This document shows positions 9,327 to 19,682 of a stretch of 64,000 nt of DNA, piece by piece. The position numbers and the translations under genes were made by a program. A model generated the notes under the pieces. The model ran no database searches. It was not told where the DNA came from and saw nothing but the letters and a program-made list of their open reading frames with translations. This stretch comes from Dehalococcoidia bacterium (lineage in GTDB: Bacteria > Chloroflexota > Dehalococcoidia > SZUA-161 > SpSt-899), in contig JAWOBX010000049.1 of the NCBI GenBank assembly GCA_046484125.1, positions 4,437 to 68,436 of the forward strand, in the 5' to 3' direction. The stretch's first letter is position 1; each line of letters opens with the position of its first letter.

Positions 9327-10108
9327 CATACCAATCACTTCTCCTGGAAAAAGATAGCGGTCTGGCTACAGTCACGCTTAACAGGCCTGAGAAGATGAAC
9401 GCCATCTCTCCCGAACTGGTGGACGAATTGATTGAAGTGATAGATGAAACAGAGCGCGATGACGAAGTCCGCGCGGTACTGATTACCGGGGCGGGGAGGG
9501 CATTTTGCGCGGGAGGGGATGTCGAAACCCTTCTTTCCGGGACCGATAACCCGGCTGAAGTCTACAGCTCCAGCCTGAAGGGTGCCAAGATAATCTCCGG
9601 AATTAGAAACGCCTCCAACCCATGGATAGCGGCGGTCAATGGTCCGGCGGTCGGTGCCGGGTGTAATCTTGCTATCGGTTGTGATATTATAATTGCGGCC
9701 AGTAGCGCTACGTTCAGCCTGGCGTTCATGAAGCTCGGGTTGCACCCGGATACCGGGGGCATTTACCTGCCCACCCGATTGTTGGGCCCAGCTCGTGCGC
9801 TTGAGCTGGTTTTAACCGGTAAAACAATCGGAGCGGAAGAGGCTGAAAGAATAGGATTGATAAACCTGGTTGTACCGGATGATGAACTGGCGATCAGATC
9901 AAAAGAGATGGCACTAAAGCTGGCTCACGGTCCATCAAGGAGTATAGCGATGGCCAAGTCCAGCATCTATAGCGCCGCGAGTATGGATATGGAGTCGATA
10001 CTGGAGAGTGAAGCTCGTGCGATCAGTCTGACAATGGCAACAGACGATGCGCGAGAGGGAATAAGAGCTTTTCTGGAAAAGAGAAAGCCTCAGTTCAAAG
10101 GAAAGTAA
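9323..10108 (+). CDS. Enoyl-CoA hydratase/isomerase (crotonase family)
   Basis: LITGAGRAFCAGGDV oxyanion-hole motif; about 261 aa from in-frame ATG at 9323. Confidence 0.8.
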   Translation: MTYQSLLLEKDSGLATVTLNRPEKMNAISPELVDELIEVIDETERDDEVRAVLITGAGRAFCAGGDVETLLSGTDNPAEVYSSSLKGAKIISGIRNASNPWIAAVNGPAVGAGCNLAIGCDIIIAASSATFSLAFMKLGLHPDTGGIYLPTRLLGPARALELVLTGKTIGAEEAERIGLINLVVPDDELAIRSKEMALKLAHGPSRSIAMAKSSIYSAASMDMESILESEARAISLTMATDDAREGIRAFLEKRKPQFKGK

Positions 10109-10110
10109 TT

Positions 10111-10866
10111 TTGGCTGTCACGATAGTAACCGCGGGCAAGGGCGGAACGGGTAAGACGACCATAGCCGCTCTTTTAATTGATCTACTTTCGAAAAAAGGG
10201 ACCGTTCTGGCCGTCGACGCCGATCCAAGCACCAACCTCAACCTGGCGCTTGGAATGCCCGTGGAAGAAACAATCGGCAAGATCAGAGAGGATATGGCGG
10301 TGGCGGTCAAAAGCGGCACATACGATAACAGCGTATCCAAACCAGACTATATAGAGATGAAGATAATGGAGTCGCTGGTCGAGTCAGAGAAGGTGGATTT
10401 ACTTGCCATGGGGCGTCCGGAGGGGCCGGGGTGCTACTGCGCGGCAAACAACATGCTCAGGGCGTCAATTGACCGCCTGGGGAAGAATTATGATTACGTG
10501 GTAATTGATTGCGAAGCGGGCATGGAGCATGTGAGCCGCCAGACGACCAGGGATATAGATATATTGCTTATCGTCTCCGATCCTACCATAAGAGGTATTA
10601 TAGCCGCTTCGAGGATGAAACCTCTGATAAAAGAGATGAGGGCTAGGGTAGAGCAGATATGGCTGATAGTAAACAGGGTAGATGGAGATCTTCCTGAGGA
10701 AATACTGAACGCGGTAAAGGAAAACGAGCTTGACCTGCTGGCCAGCATCCCCGCGGACCCAAATCTGGCTGCACTTGAGTTGAAGGGTGAGCCCTCAATA
10801 AACCTTCCGGTGGAATCACCGTTGAAGACAGGGATAGCTGAGATCGCCGGTAAACTGGGACTTTGA
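10111..10866 (+). CDS. cooC: CooC/AcsF-type Ni-insertion ATPase for CO dehydrogenase (MinD/ParA family)
   Basis: Deviant Walker A AGKGGTGKTT; CooC-like length; GPGCYC motif typical of CooC metal site. Confidence 0.7.
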   Translation: MAVTIVTAGKGGTGKTTIAALLIDLLSKKGTVLAVDADPSTNLNLALGMPVEETIGKIREDMAVAVKSGTYDNSVSKPDYIEMKIMESLVESEKVDLLAMGRPEGPGCYCAANNMLRASIDRLGKNYDYVVIDCEAGMEHVSRQTTRDIDILLIVSDPTIRGIIAASRMKPLIKEMRARVEQIWLIVNRVDGDLPEEILNAVKENELDLLASIPADPNLAALELKGEPSINLPVESPLKTGIAEIAGKLGL

Positions 10867-10955
10867 GTCAATCAAGAGGCAAGTCCTCTTCAGATGCGTC
10901 GGCTTCCGAACGAGGCCATTACGAACATAAATACTTAAGGAAGGAGAAAAACAAC

Positions 10956-11882
10956 ATGGAAGTAATCGGAGAGAACATTCACATCATCTCCAAGCAGATC
11001 CGGGAGGCCGTTGACAATCGCGACAAAGGGTTTATTCAGGACCTGGCCAGAAAACAGCAGGAGGCAGGAGCCAAATTCCTGGACCTGAACATCGGTCCGC
11101 GGAAAAAGGATGGCGTGGAGGTCATGCAATGGATGGTTGAGACAGTCAAAGAGATAACAGATCTCCCTATCTCTCTGGATACCACCAATGCCGCTGCTAT
11201 TGAAGCCGGACTTAAGATGCTGCCGCCAAAAACCATAATAAACAGTACAAACGCCAACCCTGAAAGGATGCAGGTTCTCATGCCTATGGCGGCTGAGCAC
11301 GATGCGATGCTGATTTGCCTGACCTTGAGAGCCACCGGCCTGCCGGCTACGGCGGACGAGCGAGCCGAAATCGCCGCCACCGATCTGATGATGACCGCTA
11401 TGGAATACGGTCTGCCCATGGAGAATATCATATTCGATCCTCTGGCTATGACCGTCAATGGAACGCAGTCTCATGGCCCCGAGGTTATAAAGGCGACGCA
11501 GGTCATAAAATCGTTGAACGATCCGCCCTTCCTTACCACCTGCGGGCTTTCCAACGTCTCAAATTCCTGCCGTGACGAAGTTCGGCCCATTCTCAATCGA
11601 GTGTATGCCGCCATGCTGGCCGGAGCCGGGATGGACTGGCCGATCGCCGATGCTTTTGACCAGGAACTTCGTAAAGTAATTGACATAGTTAATAACCGTG
11701 ATGACTCAACACCGCTCAATAAGTTGTATCTTGCGCTGCATGATGCCTCGGCAGCGGGTGCCGCCGAGGAGTTTGATTTCAGCATCGTTGATCAGAATGA
11801 CCCCGAGCAGGTTGCTGTCATGAAAACCGCCAAGGTGCTGTTAAACCAGACGCTTTACGCTCACGGTTTTCTAAATCTCTAA
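10956..11882 (+). CDS. acsE: Methyltetrahydrofolate:corrinoid/iron-sulfur protein methyltransferase (pterin-binding, AcsE/MeTr)
   Basis: Matches, region by region, Moorella MeTr as I remember it: IGENIH..., FLDLNIGP, INSTNAN, GLPMENIIFDP, GLSNVSN. Strong RBS AAGGAAGGAG upstream of ATG 10956. Confidence 0.8.
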   Translation: MEVIGENIHIISKQIREAVDNRDKGFIQDLARKQQEAGAKFLDLNIGPRKKDGVEVMQWMVETVKEITDLPISLDTTNAAAIEAGLKMLPPKTIINSTNANPERMQVLMPMAAEHDAMLICLTLRATGLPATADERAEIAATDLMMTAMEYGLPMENIIFDPLAMTVNGTQSHGPEVIKATQVIKSLNDPPFLTTCGLSNVSNSCRDEVRPILNRVYAAMLAGAGMDWPIADAFDQELRKVIDIVNNRDDSTPLNKLYLALHDASAAGAAEEFDFSIVDQNDPEQVAVMKTAKVLLNQTLYAHGFLNL

Positions 11883-11885
11883 AAA

Positions 11886-11930
11886 TCAAAACAGCCTCCC
11901 GGAGTCAAATTCTCCGGGAGGCTGTTCTTA
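11886..11930. terminator. Bidirectional hairpin between convergent acsE and mutL (12-13 bp GC-rich stem; T-run on the mutL side)
   Basis: cagcctcccggag-tcaaattc-tccgggaggctg; the minus-strand reading gives stem followed by ttttgattttt. Confidence 0.6.
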
Positions 11931-11949
11931 AATCATCTCCGTATCGCGG

Positions 11950-13656
11950 TTATCTTCCGAATTCCCTTTCCAAACGGGACAGGTCGAGACTGATGATAGA
12001 AGGCCTGCCATGGGGACATGTGCGGGGTGAGGCAGTCTCCTCAAGTTCCCTCAACAACTGTTCCATCTCCTGTAAACTGAGCGCCTGCCTCGCTTTGATA
12101 GCTCCGTGACACGCGAGTGAAGCCGCGATTCTCTCCATCGTCGAGCTGGTAAGTAGATCATCCAGGAAGTCTATCGTCTCCAGTAGAAAAGGAACTATCT
12201 CCTGCCGACTGAGAAACGCCGGAATTGCGCGTAAAAGATAGGTCCTCTCACCGAATTGCTCAATATCAAAACCTGATTCCCTCAGTTCATCCAGGTGAGT
12301 ACTGATGACCTCAGCCTGACTGGCTGTCAGGTCTACGCTGACAGGTTCAAGCAACCCCTGTACCTCTATGTTTGAATCTGCTTGTTGACGGCGGACCTTC
12401 TCAAAAAGGACCCTTTCATGCGCCGCGTGTTGATCGATGAGAAAAAGTCCGTCGGGGCCTTCAGCCAGTATATACGTCCCGTGAAATTGCCCGATAATGC
12501 GCAGTATGGGAAGATGAGTCGAGACTTCTCCGCGACTTACCTCTGTTAGTGCCTGTCTGGCCTGATAGGGTGTATGCCGTGCCGTTTCAGGTAACGGTAT
12601 CGGTGACGGAATGGCGTTCGAGGTCAGTTGGGTGCGCTCATTAATGGCGGGAACGACCGGTTTACCGATGAGCGCCTCGCGTACAGCTTTCTGAACCGTG
12701 GTGAAGATCGTCCCTTCATCACGGAACTTGACCTCGCGCTTGGTCGGGTGAACGTTTACATCAACTTCGCTCGATGGTATAAAGATGTTCAGAACTACTA
12801 CCGGATGTTTACCGGAGATGAGCATACCCCGATACGCTTCTTCAGCGGAGTAATTGAGCATACGGCTCTGCACCCATCTCCTGTTGACAAAAAAGCTCAG
12901 GTAATTGCGGTTCGAGCGTGATACTGTGGGCGGGCTTACGAACCCGGATAGTCGCACCGAATGGCCTTCCAGCAGGCCTTCATGGGAAAGCTCTATCATC
13001 GATTCCGCGATATCCAGTCCATACGCTTCAACAAGTACGTCCTTCAGACTGCCATTTCCTGGTGAGCGCAGAGTTGTCCGGCCATTTATTAAAAGTTCCA
13101 GCTTGACCTCCGGATAGGCCATACTGTACTGGGTAACCATGTGGCTTATATGACCGCTCTCAGTTGATGTTGACTTTAAGAACTTCAGTCGAGCCGGCAC
13201 GTTCTGAAACAGGTTTGTTACGGTTACAGTCGTGCCAGGCGGTGCGCCCTGTTTGCTGCGGCTCTTGATTACGCCGCTCTCCAGTTTTAGGCTGGTTCCT
13301 GCGACATCACCGGCGTTCCTTGTAATCAGTGAAACGTCGGAGACAGAAGCGATCGTTGGTAGCGCCTCGCCCCGGAATCCAAGAGTCGAAAGATTTTCGA
13401 TGTCGGCCTCGGAGCTTATCTTACTGGTGGCATGCCGATGGAAGGCCAGCTCTATCTCACCCTCAGCGATACCCGACCCGTTATCAGAAACGCGAATCAG
13501 ATCCTTTCCGCCTCCTTTGACTTCAATCGATATCTGAGTAGCGCCGGAATCAAGGGAATTCTCGATGAGTTCCTTTACGACGGAGGATGGCCGTTCAACC
13601 ACCTCACCGGCGGCGATTTTAGAGACAACGATAGGGGGTAGAGTCTGAATCGGCAA
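11950..13656 (-). CDS. mutL: DNA mismatch repair protein MutL
   Basis: N-terminal GHKL ATPase motifs (KELIENSLDSGA, DNGSGI); 568 aa. Confidence 0.9.
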   Translation of the reverse strand: MPIQTLPPIVVSKIAAGEVVERPSSVVKELIENSLDSGATQISIEVKGGGKDLIRVSDNGSGIAEGEIELAFHRHATSKISSEADIENLSTLGFRGEALPTIASVSDVSLITRNAGDVAGTSLKLESGVIKSRSKQGAPPGTTVTVTNLFQNVPARLKFLKSTSTESGHISHMVTQYSMAYPEVKLELLINGRTTLRSPGNGSLKDVLVEAYGLDIAESMIELSHEGLLEGHSVRLSGFVSPPTVSRSNRNYLSFFVNRRWVQSRMLNYSAEEAYRGMLISGKHPVVVLNIFIPSSEVDVNVHPTKREVKFRDEGTIFTTVQKAVREALIGKPVVPAINERTQLTSNAIPSPIPLPETARHTPYQARQALTEVSRGEVSTHLPILRIIGQFHGTYILAEGPDGLFLIDQHAAHERVLFEKVRRQQADSNIEVQGLLEPVSVDLTASQAEVISTHLDELRESGFDIEQFGERTYLLRAIPAFLSRQEIVPFLLETIDFLDDLLTSSTMERIAASLACHGAIKARQALSLQEMEQLLRELEETASPRTCPHGRPSIISLDLSRLEREFGR

Positions 13657-13939
13657 AACTTCCTCACCCTGAATAATTATGTCTTATTTTACCAGAGCCG
13701 GTTCTACTTCCACAAAAAAGATGCGTGCCCGAAAACGGCGATTAGTTCGGCCGCAAATGGCATACTGTCAATATACGGTTTACCCTCCGCCATGCAAACA
13801 TACCGTTTCATCACATAGTTCAAATTTTTGCCGTATGTTTACCGCAATGAGCATCCCCTCACCTTGCGTTTCCATTCATTTTGTCTTAGAATAAGCCTAG
13901 AATCGCAACATCTTATTCAACCCCTTAGGAGGCCATCTG

Positions 13940-15493
13940 GTGAAAACCGTCTCTCAACGTTTGGAAGAGCTGCGCGAGCGCCGGGGAAAAGAACTGGCAA
14001 TGGGAGGCCCTGACCGGATAAACAAACAGCATGATTCAGGTAAGTTGACGGCAAGGGAAAGGCTCCACCTGCTATTCGATGAAGGAAGTTTCGTAGAAAC
14101 CGACATGTTCGTGAGGCACCGGTGTGACATGTTTGGCATGGAAAAAACATTCATTCCCGGCGAGGGAGTCGTCACCGGCTATGGGATGGTTGAAGGCAGA
14201 AAAGTATGCGCGTTCGCCCAGGACTTCACATCTACCGGTGGCACACTGGGTGAGATGCACGCTAAAAAGATATGCAAGGTAATGGACCTGGCCATGAAAA
14301 CAGGGTGCCCCCTCATAGGTCTGAATGACTCAGGCGGCGCGAGAATCCAGGAGGGCGTAGACGCGCTCAGCGGATACGGCGACATATTCTATCGGAACGC
14401 AATCGCCTCGGGCGTTATACCTCAAATATCCGCCATAATGGGGCCGAGCGCCGGAGGCGCCGTTTATTCGCCGGCAATGACGGACTGGATCTTCATGGTC
14501 AAGAAAACAAGCTATATGTTCATCACCGGCCCGGGAGTAATTAAAGAGGTGACCGGTGAAGAGATCACGTCAGAGGAACTTGGCGGCGCAATGTCCCACT
14601 CGACCAAGAGCGGGGTGTGCCATTTCGCCTGTGAAAGCGACGAGGACGCGATAGAGAAGGTAAAGGAGTTGCTCAGGTATCTGCCCAACAACAATATGGA
14701 AGACCCGCCCATGGTTCAAACGGAGGACGATCCGGACCGGACCGAACCCGGACTCGATACCTTAATCCCGGATAACCCCCAGCAGGTTTACGATATGAGA
14801 AAAGTAATTGAGGCGATAGTCGACAACGGGGTGACCGTCGAGCCTCATTATCATTATGCTAAAAACCTCATCGTTTGCTTCGCCCGCCTCAACGGCAGAG
14901 CGGTGGGGATCATCGCCAATCAGCCGATGCACCTGGCCGGTTGCCTCGACGTTGACGCCTCGGATAAACTCACCCGATTTGTCAGGTTCTGCGACGCCTT
15001 TAACATACCCATGCTCACCATCGCTGACGTCCCTGGATATCTCCCCGGCACCAATCAGGAGTGGTCGGGAATAATACGGCATGGCGCGAAGATACTCTGG
15101 TGCTATTCGGAGGCGACCGTTCCCAAAGTCACATTAATCACTCGGAAAGATTACGGTGGATCTTATCTGGCGATGTGCAGCAAGGCGCTTGGCGCTGATC
15201 TGACGTTCGCCTGGCCGACGGCCGAGATCGCTGTCATGGGAGCCCAGGGAGCTATCCCCATCCTTTATGGCAAAGAGATAAAAAAGGCGGAAGATCCCGA
15301 AGCGGTGAGGGCACAGAAGCTGGATGAATACAAGGATGCGTTGTACAACCCTTATATCGCGGCAGCCCGCGGACTGGTGGACGAGGTGATAATGCCCAGT
15401 GAAAGCAGGCCCAGGATAATCAATGCTTTCGAGATGCTCGATACCAAGCGTGAGGTAAGGCCACCGAAGAAGCACGGCAACATACCGGTATAG
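13940..15493 (+). CDS. Acyl-CoA carboxyltransferase, 12S-type (methylmalonyl-CoA carboxyltransferase / propionyl-CoA carboxylase beta family)
   Basis: 517 aa; typical N-terminal LEELRERR...GGPDRINKQHDSGKLTARERL and both carboxyltransferase halves. Confidence 0.85.
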   Translation: MKTVSQRLEELRERRGKELAMGGPDRINKQHDSGKLTARERLHLLFDEGSFVETDMFVRHRCDMFGMEKTFIPGEGVVTGYGMVEGRKVCAFAQDFTSTGGTLGEMHAKKICKVMDLAMKTGCPLIGLNDSGGARIQEGVDALSGYGDIFYRNAIASGVIPQISAIMGPSAGGAVYSPAMTDWIFMVKKTSYMFITGPGVIKEVTGEEITSEELGGAMSHSTKSGVCHFACESDEDAIEKVKELLRYLPNNNMEDPPMVQTEDDPDRTEPGLDTLIPDNPQQVYDMRKVIEAIVDNGVTVEPHYHYAKNLIVCFARLNGRAVGIIANQPMHLAGCLDVDASDKLTRFVRFCDAFNIPMLTIADVPGYLPGTNQEWSGIIRHGAKILWCYSEATVPKVTLITRKDYGGSYLAMCSKALGADLTFAWPTAEIAVMGAQGAIPILYGKEIKKAEDPEAVRAQKLDEYKDALYNPYIAAARGLVDEVIMPSESRPRIINAFEMLDTKREVRPPKKHGNIPV

Positions 15494-15494
15494 G

Positions 15495-15686
15495 ATGTCA
15501 ATCATGGAGGATAAGAAAAAGCTGTCAGCCATTACCGCTGCCATAAACGCCTACATCGAGGAAGAGTCAGCGCCTGGAATTCGAAAGCAACCTGTACCCG
15601 AGGTAAGCTTATGGAGGGCATCAGGACGGCAGGAGATAATGATGATGTCCAATCTATGGCAGCGTAGAATCGTACCGTTACGTTGA
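15495..15686 (+). CDS. Small hypothetical protein (63 aa) between the 12S and 5S genes; possible carboxylase-associated small subunit
   Basis: Tightly packed between two co-oriented genes; no TM segment; no family recognised. Confidence 0.3.
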   Translation: MSIMEDKKKLSAITAAINAYIEEESAPGIRKQPVPEVSLWRASGRQEIMMMSNLWQRRIVPLR

Positions 15687-15705
15687 ATCTGAAAGGAGCT
15701 TTTAA

Positions 15706-17670
15706 GTGAAGGGAATTAAAGAGGGCACGATTAAGGCCAGAGACCTTACCTCGGATAAAGTAAAGGAGAGGCCCAAACAGCCCAATCCTGTCAAAATATG
15801 TGATACCACTCTTCGCGACGGACATCAATCCCTGCTGGCCACCCGCATGCGCACCGAGGATATGGAATACGTGGCGGAGGAAATCAGCAAATGCGGCTTT
15901 CATGCCGTCGAGGTATGGGGAGGCGCCACATTCGATGTTCCGCACAGGTACCTGGGGGAGGATCCGTGGGAACGCCCCAGAACCCTGAAAAAACTGATTC
16001 CCGATACCCCTTTTCAAATGCTGCTGAGGGGACAGAACATCGTTGCCTATCGCAATCACCCGGATGACCTGGTAGACGCCTTCGTCGAGCAGGCGGCGGA
16101 AGTCGGGATCGATATTTTCCGCGTCTTCGACGCTGTTAACGACGAGCGAAATATGGAAAGAGCCGGAAAGGCGGTCAAAAAGGTAGGTAAGCATTTCCAG
16201 GGAACGGTATGCTATTCACTGACCCAGCCGCGTATGGGCGGTCCTGTATACAACGTCGACTTTTATGTAAACAAGGCGATCACTCTCCAGAACATGGGCG
16301 CCGATTCGATTTGCATCAAGGATCAGGCCGGACTGATATCACCGTATGACGCGTTCGAACTGATAAAGGCGCTTAAGAAAGCTTTGAGTATACCGGTGGA
16401 ATTGCACACCCACTACACCAGCGGACAGGCCTCTATGTCATATCTAAAAGCGATTGAGGCTGGTGTCGATATCATCGATACAGCGATATCGCCGTTTGCT
16501 TTGCGAACATCCCAGCCCGCGATAGAGCCATTGATAGTTGCCCTCTACGGAACCGAAAGGGATACCGGTCTCGATGTTGAGCAGATATTCAAGGTCGCGC
16601 AGATGCTCGAGGAAATAGCTCCCAAATACCGCGATTTCCTTGATACGTCTTCAATGTCGGTAATCGATTCCGGCGTGCTGGTCCACCAGATACCCGGCGG
16701 GATGACCAGCAATCTTGTATCTCAGCTCAGGCAAGCGGGCTCGCTTGATAAGCTGGCGGAAGTGCGAGCCGAAACCGCCAGAACACGCGCTGAACTGGGT
16801 TACCCGCCCCTCGTAACACCCACAAGCCAGCTGGTAGGTGTTCAGGCTGTCCAAAACGTGCTTGGCGGAAGATACAATATGATAGCCAAAGAGACCAGGG
16901 ACTATTGCTATGGACTCTACGGCAAGCCGCCGGCTCCTATTGATAAAAACGTGCAGAAGGCTATTCTGAAAGGATATGAACGGGGAGAAAAACCCATTAC
17001 GGGAAGGGCCGCGGACGAACTGGAGCCCGAACTGGAAAAAGCCAGGGAGGAATCAAAGGAATTTGCCCGAAACGATCAGGACGTACTCCTGTATGCTATG
17101 TTTCCTACCACAGGCGCCAGGTTCCTGAAGTATAAGTACGGGATTGATAAGACAATACCTCCCGACTGGAAACCGCCAAGCGCTCCAAAGACACTGGAAG
17201 AGGTCAGACGGGAGGACGATTTGATCGCGAAGGCTAAAGCCGGCGAATTGACTGAGAAAAAAGAAGCGCCGCCGAAAGGAGGCGGAGTCAGAACCTTCAA
17301 TGTGTATATAGGTGACGAGTTTTACGAGGTTGATGTTGAGCCGGTGGGCAATGCCCCAGTTGCGGTCAATCAGTCCGTAAGGTCCCAGCCGGCACCACCC
17401 ACGGATGCCGGAGCCCAAAAGCCGGAAACTCCTTCGGTAACTGCGAGCGTTGAAGGAGAGCCGGTTGTCGCGCCGATGCCCGGCATGATTATAAATTACA
17501 CTGTAAATGTCGGTGATAAAGTATCGGCGGGTGACCCGCTGGTAATACTCGAGGCCATGAAGATGCAGAACACTATTTCAGCTCCGGTCGGAGGTACCAT
17601 TGCCTCTATCAACTGCAAGCCGGGGGCGAATGTCGCCAGAGAAGATGTTCTGGCAGTGATAAAGTCGTGA
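15706..17670 (+). CDS. Pyruvate/oxaloacetate carboxyltransferase 5S-type subunit fused to C-terminal biotin carboxyl carrier domain (PycB/OadA-like)
   Basis: ICDTTLRDGHQS TIM-barrel carboxyltransferase motif; C-terminal biotinyl-lysine motif EAMKMQN; Ala/Pro-rich linker. Confidence 0.85.
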   Translation: MKGIKEGTIKARDLTSDKVKERPKQPNPVKICDTTLRDGHQSLLATRMRTEDMEYVAEEISKCGFHAVEVWGGATFDVPHRYLGEDPWERPRTLKKLIPDTPFQMLLRGQNIVAYRNHPDDLVDAFVEQAAEVGIDIFRVFDAVNDERNMERAGKAVKKVGKHFQGTVCYSLTQPRMGGPVYNVDFYVNKAITLQNMGADSICIKDQAGLISPYDAFELIKALKKALSIPVELHTHYTSGQASMSYLKAIEAGVDIIDTAISPFALRTSQPAIEPLIVALYGTERDTGLDVEQIFKVAQMLEEIAPKYRDFLDTSSMSVIDSGVLVHQIPGGMTSNLVSQLRQAGSLDKLAEVRAETARTRAELGYPPLVTPTSQLVGVQAVQNVLGGRYNMIAKETRDYCYGLYGKPPAPIDKNVQKAILKGYERGEKPITGRAADELEPELEKAREESKEFARNDQDVLLYAMFPTTGARFLKYKYGIDKTIPPDWKPPSAPKTLEEVRREDDLIAKAKAGELTEKKEAPPKGGGVRTFNVYIGDEFYEVDVEPVGNAPVAVNQSVRSQPAPPTDAGAQKPETPSVTASVEGEPVVAPMPGMIINYTVNVGDKVSAGDPLVILEAMKMQNTISAPVGGTIASINCKPGANVAREDVLAVIKS

Positions 17671-17784
17671 TGATCTATCGGTTATAATACGGAGCGCCAG
17701 CTATTAATGATCCAACTTATTCCCGATAAGTGCGGAAGTCAGACGATAATTGCTGGATAAACGTGAATTTATGGAGGTAGAAGG

Positions 17785-18711
17785 ATGAGAAGCAAGGTCT
17801 CGATAATAGGCGCTGGTAACGTGGGGGCAACCTGCGCCTTCAGGATTGCCGAATGGGGGTATTCCGACGTTGTGCTGGTCGATATAATCGAGGGCATGCC
17901 GCAGGGAAAAGGCCTGGATATGCTGGAGGCCACTCCGATATTGGGTTCGGACATAACTGTAACAGGCACAAACAGCTACGAGGAAACGGCTAACTCTGAT
18001 ATCGTGGTTATAACATCGGGTATAGCCAGAAAACCGGGGATGAGCCGGGATGATCTGGTTCTTACCAATACAAAAATTGTACAGGAAGTCACTGAAAACG
18101 TTGTCAAAAACTCGCCTGACTGCATCATAATTGTGGTATGTAATCCGCTTGACGCCATGGCTCAACTGGCGTTACATGTCAGCAAGTTCCCGAAGAACAG
18201 GGTCTTCGGGCAGTCAGGAGTTCTGGACAGCGCCCGATTTCGCACGTTCATCGCCCAGGAACTTAAGGTTTCTGTTAAGGATGTGTTCACCTGCGTCCTC
18301 GGTGGCCATGGTGATACGATGGTTCCGGTCATAAGTCTCTGTACCGTGGGAGGAATTCCCATTACCGAGCTCTTGCCGAAGGATAAGATTGATGAGATGG
18401 TAAAGCGCACCGTCAATGGTGGTGCCGAGATCGTAAACCTGCTAAAAACCGGGAGCGCTTTCTATGCCCCAGGCGTGGCTACGGCTCAAATGGTGGAAGC
18501 GGTATTACTCGACCAGAAAAAAATACTGCCGTGCTCTACACTGCTTGAGGGAGAATATGGAATAAACGGTGTATTCGCGGGCATCCCGTGTAAGCTGGGT
18601 AAGGATGGTGTCGAGCAGATTGTTGAATTGAAGCTCTCGGATGACGAGAACGCCGGCTTGAAGAAATCCGCCGAGGCTGTCCGGGAGTTACTCAACGTTA
18701 TGGGGATCTAG
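17785..18711 (+). CDS. mdh: Malate dehydrogenase (LDH-like family)
   Basis: [11 protein letters not shown] Rossmann motif, 308 aa, MDH-type substrate residues. Confidence 0.85.
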   Translation: MRSKVSIIGAGNVGATCAFRIAEWGYSDVVLVDIIEGMPQGKGLDMLEATPILGSDITVTGTNSYEETANSDIVVITSGIARKPGMSRDDLVLTNTKIVQEVTENVVKNSPDCIIIVVCNPLDAMAQLALHVSKFPKNRVFGQSGVLDSARFRTFIAQELKVSVKDVFTCVLGGHGDTMVPVISLCTVGGIPITELLPKDKIDEMVKRTVNGGAEIVNLLKTGSAFYAPGVATAQMVEAVLLDQKKILPCSTLLEGEYGINGVFAGIPCKLGKDGVEQIVELKLSDDENAGLKKSAEAVRELLNVMGI

Positions 18712-18818
18712 CGCTCGAAAAAGCATACCGCCAAAAATACGAGGGCCTGATTCCCTTTGAGAGAGGGGAACAGGCCTTTCAATTGTTAAGACTTCTCGTT
18801 GTCGAGCAGGAGAGATAA

Positions 18819-19664
18819 ATGAGAGATATAAACACAGGTGATGTAACAGCGACTGTGTCTAGATTATGTAAAGAGGCCAATTTCTACCTCGGTGATGATG
18901 TCCGTTCAGCCCTCCAGAGGGCAAAGGATTCGGAGAAGTCAGAGATCGGCAAAGAGGTGATAGAACAAATCCTGAAAAACGCCGATATAGCCGCCAGTGA
19001 ACAAATACCGTTGTGCCAGGATACCGGCCTGGCGGTGGTGTTCCTGGATATAGGGCAGGATGCCCATATCTCAGGCGGCGATCTCTATCAGGCAGTGGAG
19101 GAGGGGATAAGGAAGGGTTACGAGGAAGGCTTTCTCAGAAAATCTGTGGTCGAACATCCATTTTCGACACGTGATAATTCCAGAGACAACACACCACCGG
19201 TTATCCACACCCGAATAGTTTCTGGTGATCGATTGAAGGTGATCGTAGCACCGAAAGGCGGCGGCAGCGAGAATATGAGCAGGGTAACGGTGCTCAAGCC
19301 CGCTCAGGGACGCCGGGGTATTATAGACTACGTGGTCCAGGTCGTAGTTGAAGCCGGCAGCAATCCATGTCCGCCATTGATAATAGGAGTTGGTATAGGG
19401 GGCACCATCGAGCAAACGGCCCTTATAGCCAAAAGATCGCTGCTTCGCGAAGTGGGCAAGCCCAATCCCGACCCCGAGATCGCCGAGCTGGAGACCGAAC
19501 TTCTGCAGCGGATCAACGAATCCGGCGTAGGGCCTCAGGGATTTGGGGGAACCTCCACAGCGCTCGCCGTTCATATAGAGACCTATCCAGCCCACATAGC
19601 AAGTATGCCGGTGGCTGTCAATATCCAGTGTCATAGCGCGAGGCACAAGGAAGCTGTATTGTAA
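18819..19664 (+). CDS. Class I (Fe-S) fumarate hydratase, alpha subunit (N-terminal domain)
   Basis: 281 aa; CQDTGLAVVF and 4Fe-4S hydro-lyase alpha-type cysteines. Confidence 0.8.
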   Translation: MRDINTGDVTATVSRLCKEANFYLGDDVRSALQRAKDSEKSEIGKEVIEQILKNADIAASEQIPLCQDTGLAVVFLDIGQDAHISGGDLYQAVEEGIRKGYEEGFLRKSVVEHPFSTRDNSRDNTPPVIHTRIVSGDRLKVIVAPKGGGSENMSRVTVLKPAQGRRGIIDYVVQVVVEAGSNPCPPLIIGVGIGGTIEQTALIAKRSLLREVGKPNPDPEIAELETELLQRINESGVGPQGFGGTSTALAVHIETYPAHIASMPVAVNIQCHSARHKEAVL

Positions 19665-19682
19665 GGTTGTAAGGTAAAAACC

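Noticed and set aside
10935-11474. Minus-strand ORFs 10935-11474 and 11036-11458
   Set aside because: Antisense to acsE, which aligns convincingly with known MeTr sequences.
15532-16194. 220-aa minus-strand ORF
   Set aside because: Entirely inside the 5S carboxyltransferase gene on the opposite strand; low-complexity translation with no motifs.
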